A stretch of 57,669 nucleotides of DNA, counting the filler, from Porpidia crustulata (Eukaryota), in NCBI GenBank assembly GCA_964255105.1. It is 5 parts of 5 records of this genome, joined end to end, with 100 filler letters (N's around TTAATTAATTAA, not from the genome) between each part and the next. Parts side by side here need not be neighbours in the genome. Positions count along the whole stretch, not along the records: positions 11,567 to 23,023 come from CAXUWE010000656.1; positions 23,124 to 34,579 come from CAXUWE010000657.1; 3 more parts are not named here. One strand, given 5' to 3'. A model generated the notes under the pieces. The model was not told where the DNA came from. It ran no database searches and was given only the letters and a program-made list of their open reading frames with translations. The position numbers and the translations under genes are program-made. Positions 12,156 through 26,249 of this stretch are shown one piece after another (the first letter of the stretch is position 1; the number at the start of each line of letters is the position of its first letter).

Positions 12156-13712
12156 TCACGAATTTCCGACAAGCTTATCCGCTTCTGCATCCTTGGTGCC
12201 AATCTTTTCCTGAGGCTCCAGCTTCTTTGTTCCTGGAGAACTGATATTGTCATTCATAGCCGAGGCAGCCGTTTCCTTCAGCCGGTCGCTGTCGTCCACG
12301 CGGATGTCTTTCTTCTTGGAGTCGTCATCATCACTGTCTCCAAGACTGAAGGGATCATGGTCTGCTACAGGGCTAGGATCGACAGCTGCCAGAGGCTGCC
12401 ATTTGCTCGTTTTAGCGCCAGTACCAGAGCCAGGCTGATTCTTAGGCTCAGGCGATGCGCGATATCCAACATCTATTTCTTCCGGAGGGCCTTTTTGGAA
12501 AGACACTCGACGGCCATTGTTCGACTGCGGTCGTGCGGGAGTGGGTTTGAAGAGATCGGGGTTTGCTAAGGGTCGGTTCGAACGTCGTTGGGGCGCTTCA
12601 ATAAGTTAGCAAGTGAAGAGACCATCATAGATCCAGGTGTAAGCCCACTATCTGAGTCCCTTAAGTGGAGGTTGGTGAAGTCGTCTCCTAAGACTTGTGG
12701 ATCTGCATCGTATCGTTCTTGGTCGGCACTTCGCCTGCCAAATTCACCACTTCTTCGCCCGCCAGACTGCCCTTGAGAAGGACCGCCGCTATAGCCTTGC
12801 GCTGCGTGCACAGGTTGGCCCTGGAAGTTCTCATCTTCTTCACCATCGATCCTCTTTTTCAATTTATTGACCCAGCTATTGATTGTTGACTGCGTCTCAA
12901 TAAAACCTTTCTTGAGATTGTCGCGAATAACAGGTAGATCATCTAGCTACCAAGTTAGAACAACACAGAATCCTGGAGAGTAGTACAAGTACCATCGATG
13001 AAGCTGCGTTCCCGGTCGTCGTAAACTTCATCAGGCTTCAGGCCAGTATTCGACTTGGATCGTAAGGCTTGGGGCTGCCGTCCTCGTTGCTCTTGTGGGC
13101 CCCTTGAGCTTGGAGTGTATGAGGTTGAGGAGTTGTAGTGTTCCGCAAGTTGTCGGGCGTATTGTTCATCGGCTAGGAGCTGGCTTTCTTGAGTGGAAGT
13201 GGGGACCATGGGGGCTTGCCTCGGTCTTGGCGGCTGTGGTGGGGGTGCTGGCTCAGGTTCTATCTGAGAATCCGGATCTGACATGCCTGGATGGAGTCAG
13301 CATCCCTACTAATTCTAGTTGTGGATTTGGCCTCAGACCTAGCAGAGCATTGAACGCGGGCTCAACTCTCCCGCCGCTGGCCCGCAAGACAGCCTTGACG
13401 ACCGCAGCATCTATGGCTGGGAAGGCTTCTTTGAGAGTGATCTCTGCTTGCTGCTCTGGGTTCATGGGCCGAGGTGGTTTTGGAGGAGGTAAGTCTTCCC
13501 CAGAGCCAGGCTGTGGTACTGAAGTGGGAGTATTGGAAGGCACTTTGCGGTGGGAAGGGGATGATGGAATCTCATGGGGTTCATCGTCAAAATCCAACTC
13601 GCGCGCAGTGGTGGGTGACTCCGGAGGTCCAGTGGGCTTCTGCGAATGGAGTCAGTACGCCTACCACCAGATTTCAGCGCACGTTTCATACTGATTTTTC
13701 TGGATCAGACAT
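12156..13712 (-). CDS. CUE5: CUE-domain ubiquitin-binding protein (Cue5-like), multi-exon
   Basis: CUE domain TLKEAFPAIDAAVVKAVLRASGGRVEPAFNALL, QLLADEQYARQLAEHY, YDADPQVLGDDF and C-terminal DPFSLGDSDD. ATG at 13712 (MSDPEKS, then GTATGA donor). Confidence 0.85.
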
Positions 13713-14024
13713 GGCGTTCGGCTTGGCACTGCACAGAAGATGATTAGAGCGGTAAGGACCAGAAAGCTTGGAAGAGCACGATTAATTATCCAGGTGGTCT
13801 GTGTATGCCTATGACGAATGTATGAATTGCGGAACTGCTGCGCCACAATCGATAGCAGGCGGGGCTGACGGACGAGATCCTTGTCAATGCCCTGTATATC
13901 CTTTGCTCAAATATTTTCAAAGCACTTCAGATCCATATCCGAGTTCTCATAATTGTGGCGTAGTGCAATTCGAGGAAGATCTTGAAATTCGTTGACTTAG
14001 TAGACCCAAATGTTTTGACAAAAC

Positions 14025-16167
14025 ATGGCTGCAGATTCCGATGTTGCAACCTCTTTCATACCGTCTCTACACAAGCCTGCTTCCTTACTTCCAATCGCCC
14101 GCCATCGTCAGAGCTTGTTGTATTTGATCGAAACATTTCCTGTCACCATCGTGGTTGGGCAGACAGGAAGTGGGAAAACTACTCAGATTCCTCAGTTTCT
14201 CGAGCAGGCAGGATGGACCGAAGGAAACAAGGTCATAGCAGTGACTCAGGTAGGTAAGTCATGTCATGAACCAAAACGCATCCATAAACACCGCTTGTTG
14301 ACATGCACTTCTAGCCTCGAAGGGTGGCTGCCACGACAGTTGCTACAAGGGTTGCAGAAGAAATGAGATGCAAGCTGGGTGAAGAAGTAGGCTACTCAAT
14401 CAGGTTTGAGGACTTGACAAGCGCAAAGACTCGAATCAAATTCCTGACTGACGGTCTTCTGCTTCGGGAGGCGTTAGCAGACCCTTTGTTATCACGGTAT
14501 TCTGTGATCATGGTCGACGAGGCGCACGAACGCTCACTAAGCACCGACATCTTACTTGGCGTGCTCAAGAAAATCAGGAAAAGAAGGCCAGAGCTTCGAA
14601 TTGTTGTCAGCAGTGCCACTTTGCAAGCTGAGGATTTTCTACAATTCTTTGCTGGTGTCGAAACTAGCTATGCTTCAACAGACAGGCCATTTGGTGGCAA
14701 CATCGGTAGAATTATTAGCCTGGAAGGAAGAATGTACCCAGTGGATACTCTATATTTAGAAGAGCATTCCGAAGATTACGTTGAAACGGCTGTAAAAACC
14801 GTCTTCGACATTCATGCAAATGAAGCCAATGGAGACATTCTACTTTTCTTAACAGGTCGAGAGGAGATTGATACCGCAATCCAAATGATCGCAGATCGTG
14901 CGGCCTTACTACATCCCCGAGCAATGTCAATTCTTCCACTACCTCTCTATGCCGGCCTTTCAACCGAGCAACAGCTATACGTATTTGAGCCTGCACCAGA
15001 GAACACTAGAAAAATCATCGTTTCCACGAATATTGCTGAGGCTTCTGTAACGATAAATGGCATAGTCTATGTTGTGGATTGTGGTTTTGTCAAATTACGT
15101 GCTTTCAACCCCCAAAGCGGTATTGAGACCTTGACAGCCACACAAATCTCCAAAGCTTCAGCTACCCAACGAGCTGGTAGGGCAGGGCGGACTAAGGCAG
15201 GAAAATGTTACCGGTTGTATACCGAGCCGGATTACCAAGCTCTAGATGACGCGACAGTACCTGAAATCCAGAGATCCAATCTTGCGCCTATTTTGCTCCA
15301 GCTGAAAGCGTTGGGTATTGACAACGTTATCAGATTCGACTTCCTCACTCCTCCACCAGCAGAGCTGATCATTCGGGCCATGGAGCTTCTCTACGCTCTA
15401 GGTGCAGTAGACGATTACGCAAAGCTTACGCGACCACTCGGTGTCCGCATGGCTGAGCTCTCCGTGGAACCTATGATGGCTAAAGTTCTTCTGGCCTCAC
15501 CAAGCTTCGGCTGTCTAAGCGAGATTCTCTCTATTGCCGCTATGACCAGTCAGCAGGGGTCGGTTTGGTTCCAGCATGACGGTGAAAAGAAAGCCGGTGA
15601 TAGTGCAAGGCGAAAATTTGCCGCCGAAGAAGGGGATCACCTTACCTTACTCAATGTCTACCAGGCTTTCGTTACCAAAGGCAGGAAAGAATCGAAGTGG
15701 TGCCGGGATAATTACCTCAACTACAAATCTATGATCCGAGCTGTGAGCGTTCGTGCTCAATTGAAGAGATACCTTGAAAGATTTGGCATTAATGTCGATG
15801 AATCTCTTGCAGCCAAGAAAGGTCCTGACGACGTCCAGGACACGGGCGGGGCAATCAGAAAATGTTTGACGAGTGGCTATTTTGCTAACGCTGCCAGAAT
15901 GCAGCCCGACGGCACCTTCAAACCCACCGGTAGTGGTAGTGTGCTACACGCTCACCCCAGCTCGTTGCTATTCGTAAGAACCCCCTCTCTAACCACCTGA
16001 ATCAAATATACTGGTTTAACAACTAGCAGAATAGGAAAGCTGACTGGGTTATTTTCCATGAGATCCTGGAGACCGGAAATAAGACTTTTATTCGAGATAT
16101 TACAAAGATCGAGAAGAGCTGGCTTCTTGATGGGTCATTGTCTGCATATTATCAAGTTAAGGGGTAA
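14025..16167 (+). CDS. DHX35: DEAH-box RNA helicase DHX35-like
   Basis: GQTGSGKTTQIPQ, DEAHER, SAT, STNIAEAS, QRAGRAGR and HA2/OB regions. Two introns; last exon NRKADWVIFHE...YYQVKG*. Confidence 0.85.
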
Positions 16168-16542
16168 CCTGGGGGGGAGTTAGTTGTGGTAAAACTAGGG
16201 TTTAGTCGTGGCATCTTGTTATCTCTATAACATGGTTATCATTTCTGACTTGGTGTATGAGCATCAGTTGTTAAAGCCGTGAATACAGAATCAATGTATC
16301 TATGACCATTTGAGATTACAGATTTTGGAGGATCTGGCGACCTACCATATGTGATACCAGGACTTCGAGAAGAGGTTTCCTGGTATTTGAGTCATGATTC
16401 ACGAACAGAGGACACCGTCATCTCGGAAAGCCCTTTAGAAACGCTGTAGCAAATCGAGATATCGATTCACAATTGGAAACACCCGAGGATCGTGCGCCCG
16501 CGCCTTCGCTCATCTGCTCCCTCATCATGACTTCCTCCTAAA

Positions 16543-17243
16543 ATGTCTCACCACGAAAGCCATGACCACAGCCACGATCATGGACATAACCATAGTGATG
16601 AAACAGAGCCAGCACTCCAGACTCTCATCTGGAAACAAATCGATTTCGAAAGTATAAGGACCCTGAATGAAAGTGAGCCCGACAGCGGCGCGAAGATTGT
16701 CGAGAAGACGTGGCCGCAACGCCTGAACCCTGAGCCAGAACTTGTCAGTGATGCGGATGAGCAGCTGCTCATGTTTGTGCCGTAGGAGGTTTCCCCCAAC
16801 ATGTTTGAATTCAAGCTCATACAAGTCCGCCCTCTAGCTTCGCCGGCGCCCTTAAAGTCCACTCCATCCTCATTCGCTCCTCGGATTCACCCTCTGCCCC
16901 TCGCACCCTGAAGCTTTTCATCAACAACGACTCCCTTGATTTCACTGCCGCCACCGATCTGTCCCCTACCCAGTCTCTGACCCTCTCCCGGACTAATGAC
17001 ATTCAGGAGCTTCCGATCAAGAGAGCACTTTTTGGTAATACGTACAATCTGAACTTGTACGTCGAGGACAACTACGGAGATGATGCTACAAGGATCTGCT
17101 GGATAGGTTTCAAGGGGGAAATGAAAAATCTGACTAGAGAGCCAGTGGAGGTGTTGTATGAGAAGGCGGCCAATCCGAAGGATCATACGCTGGTTCAGGG
17201 GATTGGGGATATGTCTACTTCCGGGTTGCGGCATGGGATGTAG
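16543..17243 (+). CDS. PITHD1: PITH-domain protein
   Basis: His-rich N-terminus, LVSDADEQLLMFVPF (spliced), SAPRTLKLFIN, NYGDDATRI, LYEKAANPKDH. One intron. Confidence 0.85.
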
Positions 17244-17542
17244 GGGAAGGCACGGGATTGGGTCTTAGACTCCAGTGGAAGGTCTGTTTAGGATTGCCGC
17301 ACGGACAATAGGTCTTACTGGCTGCCTCATGGAGTATTAGTGGGAAGCACACGACATCTTGCTCATTTTTAAGGACGTTGAATTATTTGAGCTTGGCCGC
17401 AACCAAATGATCACCGGAGATTCTGAAACCAAGTTTACCAAAAACGCTATGGCTATGGCAATCACTAAGACCCAAATGTCCGCCATTAACTGTGACAAAC
17501 ACCAACGCTATGCAATGAGGCAGTCCAACTCTATGTCCCAGC

Positions 17543-18243
17543 TCAGCCTTCTATTGGCTGTGCCTGCAATTTTTGTTCCCCTCGGGCTCTCGCCCTTGCT
17601 TTCTGTCGTCCCAGCATTTCCTCTTGCTCTTCTTCCCTCTCAAGTTCCGTTTTCGGTGCCTCGGGCATTTCAACAGTATCTGGTCTTTTCACACCGCTGA
17701 TTTCTCCCTCCAAAGCCTCTAACTCATCCTCTACCTCATCCTCGTCTTGGTTCGACATCTGCCCTCCCAACATCTCACTGATCTCCTTCTGTGCCGTTCT
17801 TGCCTCCTCATTTTCCCCCATCAGCTTCTCTACCTGGTCGATACTGCCCATTTCCGCATTTATCTGCTTCAAAACGGTCGTCCCTTGCTTGAGTCCGTAC
17901 ATGACGTCGCTCTGGATCTGCGCATAGTCCACGCTAGCGATCAAGTGTTCCAACGTCTCAAGCTGAGCATCGGCCTTTTCCAAGAGGGATTCTTGGAACT
18001 TCTTTTGGCGCAGAGCGAGGAGAGCTTTCGGTTTATCCCCTCGCTGCAGGCATGATTTAGCGACTGCGGTTTCGCGGTCGGTGATTATGGTGATGCGCTT
18101 CTGGTATTGGTGGACATTGTCGCGCTGGTTCTTCAAGCTCAGGATTGCCCTAAGAATATATTAGATGAGTGTGGTGGCGTCACAACAAGCACAACAGACC
18201 TATCCTTACTCGATATTTTATGCGAGCTTGGAGTATTACCCAT
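17543..18243 (-). CDS. VPS20: ESCRT-III subunit Vps20 (CHMP6)
   Basis: MGNTPSS N-myristoylation-type start and a Snf7 helical domain (LKNQRDNVHQYQKRI...EDEVEDELEAL). One intron. Confidence 0.9.
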
Positions 18244-18423
18244 TGCGACATGATCTGACAATGCGTGGGCGCCTCACCACATGCCGTTCGAGAGACTGCA
18301 ATCTTCAACGACGCACTTAGCGTGCGGGTAGCTTCCGCTTATCGATAATGCAAAGGCAGGGATATGCGTATTTCCTTTCCAGGAACAATTTGAATTGAAT
18401 ACTGAGGTGATTTCGAGTCAATA

Positions 18424-20662
18424 ATGCCATCACGGTTCGGATATGGTAGACCCACGTTGGGTCAGGGCTTGGATAAAGAGGTATGCATTGGTCTATGTTG
18501 ATATGTGTAAATGCAAGCTCATATTTTAGGTGTATCAAATTGTTCGCAAGCTCGTTGATGAGCAAGCGCTCTCCGACGAAACCAAACGGCTGCGGATATC
18601 CATTCCAGCCGTGTACGAGAAAATCAAGAAGTCTAATTCAAGTTTGAATCGTAAGAATAAAAAGCTTCTGGAGGATAGCATCGAGCGGGTTCTGGATGTT
18701 TTGAAGGAAGACGAGGATAGTCAAGATGAAATGGGTTCAATCGACGAAAACTTTGACGGCTTTGAATCTGCGGAAAAGTCAGCGAATGGGATGAATAAAA
18801 GTATAGTGGGGGCATGGGCGAACAAACCGTCTGCAAAAAGCGGCATACCGGAAGCTTCAAATGAAGAGCGAGATACGCCAACTGCAGCAGCGGTGCCGAG
18901 GAAGAGACAATTAGACGGCCAGCCGCCGACTAAAAAGCGTAAAGCTGCACCAGAAATCGACCGCTCGCCCCCTACACATGTGTCATTAGCAGACTTGGGA
19001 GGGGTTGATCCCGTAATCCAACAGCTGGAGGACCTGGTGGTTTTGCCGCTACTACAGCCAGGGATATATGCAGCATCGAAAATACAGCCTCCGCGTGGAA
19101 TTCTTTTACATGGTCCTCCTGGTTGTGGCAAAACTATGATAGCAAATGCCTTCGCTGCAGAACTCGGGGTGCCATTCATAGCTATATCGGCGCCCTCTAT
19201 AGTCTCGGGTATGTCTGGAGAGTCAGAAAAAGCATTGAGAGACCATTTCGAAGAGGCCAAAAAGGTGGCACCCTGCCTAGTCTTTATCGACGAGATTGAC
19301 GCAATAACACCGAAAAGAGAGAGTGCGCAACGTGAAATGGAGAAGCGTATCGTGGCACAGCTGCTTACATGTATGGACGACTTGAGAGGCAAAGCCGTGA
19401 TTGTTATAGCAGCGACCAATAGACCTGACAGTTTAGATCCAGCATTAAGACGCGGCGGAAGGTTTGACAAGGAGATCAATTTGGGTGTGCCTAGTGAGGC
19501 AGTGCGTGAACAGATTCTCAGGGCTCTAACAAGAGACATGGTGTTTTCGGGAACTCTTGATTTCCGTCAGCTGGCCAAACTGACACCTGGTTTTGTAGGT
19601 GCTGATCTTAACGACCTCGTCTCAACGGCCGGTTCTGCAGCTATCAAAAGATTTCTAGATACAATGAAGTATGAAGCTGGCAACATGGATGTTGACAAAG
19701 ATACTGCACCAGCTTCTGAGACAGTCTTGGAGCTAAGACAGTTGATAAAGCGAGCAAAGGAGCCGCCTTTAGTGGGAGCTACAGCAATTTCTATCGGGTA
19801 TGATGACTTTCTGATCGCGCTGCCCAAAATTCAGCCCTCTTCCAAACGCGAGGGATTTGCTACAATACCCGACACGACATGGGCAGATATAGGTGCACTT
19901 CGGCCGGTTCGTGAAGAGCTACTCACTGCAATCGTTGAGCCTATCCGAAGTCCCGAGAAGTACGAGCGAGTCGGCATCACTGCGCCTACCGGAGTCCTAC
20001 TTTGGGGTCCTCCTGGATGTGGGAAAACGCTACTCGCCAAGGCTGTAGCTAATGAATCCAAAGCGAACTTTATTAGTGTGAAAGGTCCAGAGCTTCTCAA
20101 CAAATACGTAGGAGAATCGGAAAGAGCAGTACGACAGGTGTTTGTCCGCGCTCGATCTTCCATCCCTTGTGTGATCTTCTTCGATGAGCTTGATGCTCTA
20201 GTGCCGAGGAGGGACGACTCTCTCTCCGAGTCCTCAGCCCGAGTGGTGAACACTCTTCTCACAGAATTAGACGGTCTAAGTAATAGGCAGGGGATCTATG
20301 TGATAGCAGCAACAAATCGACCGGATATAATTGACCCAGCAATGCTCAGACCAGGACGGCTGGAAACACTGCTCTTTGTCGACTTGCCAGGTGCGGAAGA
20401 GAGGGTGGAGATCCTCCAGACTCTTAGTCGAAACCTTAGTGTTCCGTATACGGCTGATGTTGCTGAAGTTGCTAGAGGCTGCGAGGGCTTCAGCGGGGCT
20501 GATTTGGAAAGCTTGCTTCGACGGGCTGGATATGCTGCTATTAAAAGAAACGACAGCATCAACTTTGCGGACTTCATATTAGCTCGAGCCAAAGTCAAGC
20601 CAAGTGTCGGTGATCGAAAGAAATACGATCGTCTGAAGCTATCTTGGGGCTCCGGAATTTGA
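18424..20662 (+). CDS. RIX7: Ribosome-biogenesis AAA+ ATPase Rix7 (NVL)
   Basis: Two AAA modules (GPPGCGKT twice, FIDEID/FFDELD, QPSSKREGFAT). A short first exon MPSRFGYGRPTLGQGLDKE splices to VYQIVRKL. Confidence 0.93.
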
Positions 20663-21270
20663 TCGTGTCCCGGTATTCCCCTGAGAGTAAAGCTACCTTG
20701 CTCCTGTAGAATTCACGCATCACAATATCACGTCGATCTTGCTGCAAATTGTGCGCTTGCTTTATTCTCAATCTACACAGAGCCAACAATAATCAAAAGG
20801 AAGCAGGGCACCCATGATAAATGGGCTGCAGTTATGCGACAGATGATAGTGATATAGTGAGGACTAGGAGGTTGATTGGATGAACGGGGATGTACAATCC
20901 TTACTCGGCAAAGGGTTTTCTAGACTGGGAGACCCTTTGGCTTGAACAATTGCTACTTGAACTCTACCGCACATGACAGGGAGATTCTTCCATTACACCC
21001 CTGTGGGTATCTATGGAAATTGTGGCATAGAACCAGATCTGCCCGTGATTTGAAGCGCCAAACCAAATAGGAGACACAGTCGTACCTTCCTACAAAGATT
21101 AGGACTCAGCGCTACTCATACGCACCACGTTTGTTTGGAGCAAGGCAAAAGCTATCTCTACCATCGCCATTCCATCTTCTCTGTACTCAACCGGCAATAG
21201 CATTCGTTTACAAATACGTCTAGACTGACACGTTGCCATCCTTATCATACATTTCGTTACCAGCCATTCA

Positions 21271-22941
21271 ATGAGAAACATCAAGTCTGGAATCAACAGC
21301 GCTACAAAGTCCGTACACAAGACAGCAACGATGCTTAAGAAAAGGCTTTCCGGTATCCTACCTAATGGACTCGGCAAAGGCCTTCCCCAGATGCCCAATA
21401 CATCTCAGCTATCGAGAAGGAGCCTGGTGAAGCATTTCTTATCCCACTGGCTTCACGTTATCTGGAAAGACTTGTTCTGGATACTCAAGGTGCTTGGCGT
21501 CATATACTACCTGAACAAGTCGAACATTTTCAAGCCAAAGGACCGCATATTCCCCATGTGGTTGAATCCAAACACACAATTGTGGGAGGGTCCTGTAGAG
21601 TTCAGCTATCCACACATCTCAATGATACTGAGCACTTTCAATTGTGCCATTGCTGTCATGGTCATACCACTTGCGGTCATCTTCATCATGCAGCTTTTCG
21701 TGAGGAGCTTCTGGGACTTGAATGCTGCTATAATGGGGTTGTTGAAGTCAATGACTTTGATGTAAGTCTGAGGTTTCTCATCGGAATCGGGGCTTTTTCT
21801 TGTACAGCTTCCTCGATTATTCTATCCATCATCTCAACGCTATACCACCGCTACAACTGACATTGGAATATTGCACAGGACATTTTTTCAATGTGCTCTA
21901 AAGCAATACATCGGAGCCTTCCGTCCTTACTTCCTCATCGCCTGTAACCCAGACACGAATGCTCTGAACAGGCTTGCCCAGGAGAATCTGCAGCATATCA
22001 ATAGCACGGTCAACGGAACAATCGCATACCACCGAGTGTTTGCCACCACCGCAGTTTGCAGGCCCGAACATCCCCTACTACTCAGGAGCGCCATGCAATC
22101 ATACCCAAGCGGTCACACGGGAAGTGCATTTGCTTCCGGTGTGTTTTTGGCGCTGTATCTGAATGCGAAGCTCAAGGCATTTTCGGACTACAACACAAAT
22201 TTCTGGAAGGTCATGGCTGTAGCGGCTCCGATTATAGGGGCTATCCTTATCGCGGGGGGTTTGACAATTGACCATGTGAGCTCCTCGTTCCTTTTCGCTT
22301 GCCAAGATTCTTCTCTTCAACCCACGCTTCATCAGGCCCCTTCCCAAACCAATCACTCCAGCTAACCTACAGCTCCCCAGAACCATCACCCCCGCGACAT
22401 CCTCCTTTCCATCCCCATCGGCGTTCTCTGCGCCCTGTTCGCCTATCGCGCCAGCTACCTCTCCCTCTTCTCCTACCACACAAATCACATCCCCCTCATC
22501 CACCCCGACCTCGGTCAATCCGTACTTCCTCCCGCCCTCGGAGCCGCACTGCCAGTTGGCAAGGACGTGGCGGTCAGATGGCCCAAGACGCCGGTCGGGG
22601 CTGAACTGCCCCTCAGCGTATCACATCCACCGAATCTTGGGGACGGTGCTCCGGGCCTAATTGCCGGAACGACGAGTCTACCTCGGGAAGTACCGAACCC
22701 CTTGGGAGGCATGGAGGGCTTGGACCGAAGAGCGCCTAGCGGCCACGGGTCGACAGAGGATAGGGGCCATGGGTCGACGGAGGACAGGCAACCGACCAGC
22801 GGCGGTGGCGACGGAACTTTCGATGACGGCGCCATGTTGAGCGAGGATATTGAGTTGGACGAGAGGCTGCGGGCGAGTGAGGATGTGGGGTTGCGGGTCA
22901 GGTTCGATGATGGGTTGGAAAGGGGCGAGCAGATGGTTTGA
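21271..22941 (+). CDS. PAP2-family lipid phosphate phosphatase (DPP1/LPP-like), 3 exons
   Basis: KQYIGAFRP (domain 1), SYPSGH (domain 2), LTIDHNHHPRD (domain 3, spliced) and hydrophobic TM segments. Confidence 0.8.
22741..22788 (+). repeat. In-frame 24-bp tandem duplication (GHGSTEDR x2) in the PAP2 tail
   Basis: ggccacgggtcgacagaggatagg / ggccatgggtcgacggaggacagg. Confidence 0.85.
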
Positions 22942-23023
22942 CTCGATGGGGATGTCGGTGAGGATGTGGAGGTGGTTGTGGAGGTGCGGGTGCAAGGGGT
23001 TAAGGTTGAGGTTAGGGTGGTTT

Positions 23024-23123
23024 NNNNNNNNNNNNNNNNNNNNNNNNNNNNNNNNNNNNNNNNNNNNTTAATTAATTAANNNNNNNNNNNNNNNNNNNNN
23101 NNNNNNNNNNNNNNNNNNNNNNN
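23024..23123. other. Artificial contig spacer
   Basis: N44-TTAATTAATTAA-N44. Confidence 0.98.
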
Positions 23124-25531
23124 GTTTCTTGTTTGCAGTGTGGGTTGGGGAGGGCTGCTTACGACGCCGGTGACTTTGTTGCCGATGAAGTTGGCCGGCT
23201 GGTTGATGTTGTCGCTCGAGAGGAGAAAGTAATTATTCAGGCTCCTTCGCAAGATCGCAAGCATCAGGTTTCCCCTCGCCTCCATGCTGGCGTCCCCAAT
23301 CACGCGACCCCACATCTTGACCGCGTATGCGAAGAAGGCATCTTCGGAGCTCGATTCTTCGTCCTTTGAGTCGGCGGATTCGAACAGGCCTTTGGCAAAC
23401 GAGTGGCCGTGATACCAGTCAAAGGATCGAGAAAAGGGAAAGTAGTCGTCCTGCACTGAGTTCGCAGCGTCTCGGACGAGCGTTTGCACGTAATCTTTGT
23501 TGAGGACAAGCCAATGGGGATCGAGATAGGCGATTACGGCGGCTGCGTGGATGAAGTAGCCGTAATGGAAATGATGATCGTTGTAGCACGTGTTACCGAA
23601 ATCTTGCCCCATGTCGCCTGTGGTATAAGTGCCGGAAGAGACGACGCCTTTCCAGGCGGTATCGTAGACTAAAGGAAACTTCTGCCGATTGGTCGCGAAC
23701 CTCGCAAAGGCCCCCTTGAGCTCTTCGAGGCCCTGGAGCGCGAGCATAGGTTGCTGGAGGAGGTCGTGCACGGTATAAACTAAAGTGGCGAATTTGCTGA
23801 GAGCTTTGCCGGAAAAGTACATGCTGTCGAGGTCCGTCTGGGCGTTCATATCTTGGTTGATTTCAGCGTGGGCGGTTTGGTTGATGATTTTTATTGCTTC
23901 AGCTGAAAATGTCTTTATGTTGCCTTTCGATGGTGACCACGGGGCGAAGCCGATGTCTATAGGGAGGTTTGGTTCAATGAGAGTCCAGGCATCTGCGAGT
24001 ATCGCAGTCGCCATGCCTTTCGTGGTGGTCTGAAGTTGGATTGAGGTTTTGATCATGGGGATGCTGTTGCTGAGAGATTGAACGTGATGTGGTAGTGCAT
24101 ACATTAGAAGCTGAGCTGAAGTAGATGTCATGCCTCCCTTCGTCCATTGAATTTGATACGTGCCGGTTGATCCACTTGTAGAACCAGTGATATTGGCAGT
24201 GACAGCATAAACGCCGACGGACCTATCGTAGCTCATCTCACCAGTTAGACCAGCTGGATTCTTTGCGACTTGAATGGTGCCTGACCAGCCAGGTAGACCT
24301 CGCAGCAACGTATTTGAGACCAGATTTAACTGAGGATTCTGCCCGTTATTCGACATGGCATAAAGGAGCCAAGTCTTCCCATCCTCTAGAGTAATGCGGT
24401 ATTTGAATATGCCTGGATGGGAAAATGCCACAGAATCCACTCTCCGGAAAACTACACTACTTTGTATTGCAGGCTGTAGATTTGTATATTCTCCAGTGAC
24501 AAACCCCATGCCTTGAACAAGTGGAAACGTAATCCTTGAGGCCGACCTAGCTCGAGGTGACAAATTCGCATTTACAGAGGATGCTTGTAAATTATCTGTA
24601 GTAAGAAGTGTAGCAGGTCCAAGTTCGGTCGCGGACAAGATGATGGACTGTATTTCAACCGGATTAATGACATATTGTACAGGCGATCCCGGGATAGCAT
24701 GATTTTGTGGCCCGTACACCCTTTGATCCGCGTCGATATTAGAGATAGCGATACCCCAGCTTTGGGCATTGCCGTTACCCTTGCTCCATGTCAGGGAATA
24801 TGGATGTGTCCACGTGCCCTGACCTTGAGAGCCAAGAAAAAGATTTGCGTAGAACTTATTCGTTGACGTTGGGTTCTTCTGAGGAACCTAGTTGCACTTT
24901 TGTGAGTAAGATAATCGGAAGCTAGAGGTTCTTGAACTCACAATTCCTAGTCTGGGTACGGGATGCTCTCCTCTCGATGGAATCTGTCGTGGAGGTGGAC
25001 CAATCGCGACTGGTTGAAATATGTCTGTTGCTCTCATTTCAGTTAGTTCTGGGGATCTTACCTTTAGTAGACCAGCAGACCCAGTCTTATTCATAGCCTC
25101 CGTTGGTGATATTGATGTCGCTGCGGTTAGAGCGGGTAAGAAAGGCGTCAAAGATATTGGCGATGCAATGAATAGCGTTGGAAATGGTAGTATCGACGGT
25201 CTCCCTTGCGTTTCGAGGGTAGTGTAGAGCACCTTCTCAAATGACTTAGCGATCAACATCTAGTAATAGAAGTGTGACCAATCTGATGACTAGCAGAAAT
25301 AACTACTGAACTCACCCCTTTTGTCCCCGGTTCCGTTGTCGTAGATGCGGTCTTTGGTGGGATTTGAAAGATGCTGATGTTCCCGATCCAGGGTACGGAG
25401 AAATTACCAGTCGCAAAGGCCCTAGTGGAAGATTTTCTCGTACGGTCTTTTGGTATGTCTTGGGTTGAACAGAACTGTAAACAAGTCAGCATTATCATAG
25501 GAATGACGCGATATATTTGCAAATAGATCAT
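23124..25531 (-). CDS. GH81 endo-1,3-beta-glucanase (Eng1/Acf2 family), 3'-truncated by the contig end
   Basis: TNKFYANLFLG, FPLVQGMGFVTG, DSMYFSGKALSKFA, YNDHHFHYGY, FDWYHGHSFAKG, DEESSSED. Start codon could be 25531 or 25498. Confidence 0.9.
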
Positions 25532-26249
25532 GATATATCAGAGAGCAAGACCAATACAACGAAATAAAATTGACTAAACCTCAGATGAACAGTAGCTTCT
25601 ATATACACTGTTTCTTGAGGAAATATATGAAATATTCGAAATATATTCAAGACGGAGACTGAGACGGTTTGTAGCGATCCAAAGAAACGCATAGATCGCT
25701 CTTCAGACGTAAGCCAAAAGCAAATTGTGAGATTGATTGGAGCTCGGGAACGTGGATAACAGTAAAGTGCAAGAAATAGACACCAGGGGGCATGGCGTAG
25801 AGTTGAAGAGACTTTGCAGGTACATATAGAAATCAACATCATTCCATAAGCAACTCAGGCAACGACTACCACGTGGGAACAACCCACATAATTGTCGCAA
25901 AACTCGTGGCAACGTCCGTGGAATGCAAATGATCTGGACACCCACTGTCGATTATTGCTCAAAGTCATTGGTCAAGCATCGAGTGGACTCTGATATTGGA
26001 TATCTGTTACGAAGCTTCTCTTCCAGTACCAGTCGGCAGGTCTGTTGGATTGCGTAGGGCTAGCCCTGTAACCGGGCTTGAAACTTTTCGCCTCGATATA
26101 AAATCTCACCAGATTGGTTACTTCATGATATATGCCCGCAAGTATCTATCTGAACGTTGCTATGATTTGCTAGATACTATCCCAATATCCTTTGTGACTA
26201 AGGTTCTCATGTCTAGGCGTATATCAGCCAGCTCTTTGCTGTCGTGATC

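Noticed and set aside
18721..20598. Long antisense ORFs opposite RIX7 (similar ones opposite UTP14, SGNH, DUF7730 and NAT1)
   Set aside because: Shadow ORFs caused by codon bias, with no recognisable motifs.
22942..23023. GGTTAGGG-like telomeric sequence at contig ends (also at positions 1-15)
   Set aside because: Only single or degenerate TTAGGG units, no tandem array.
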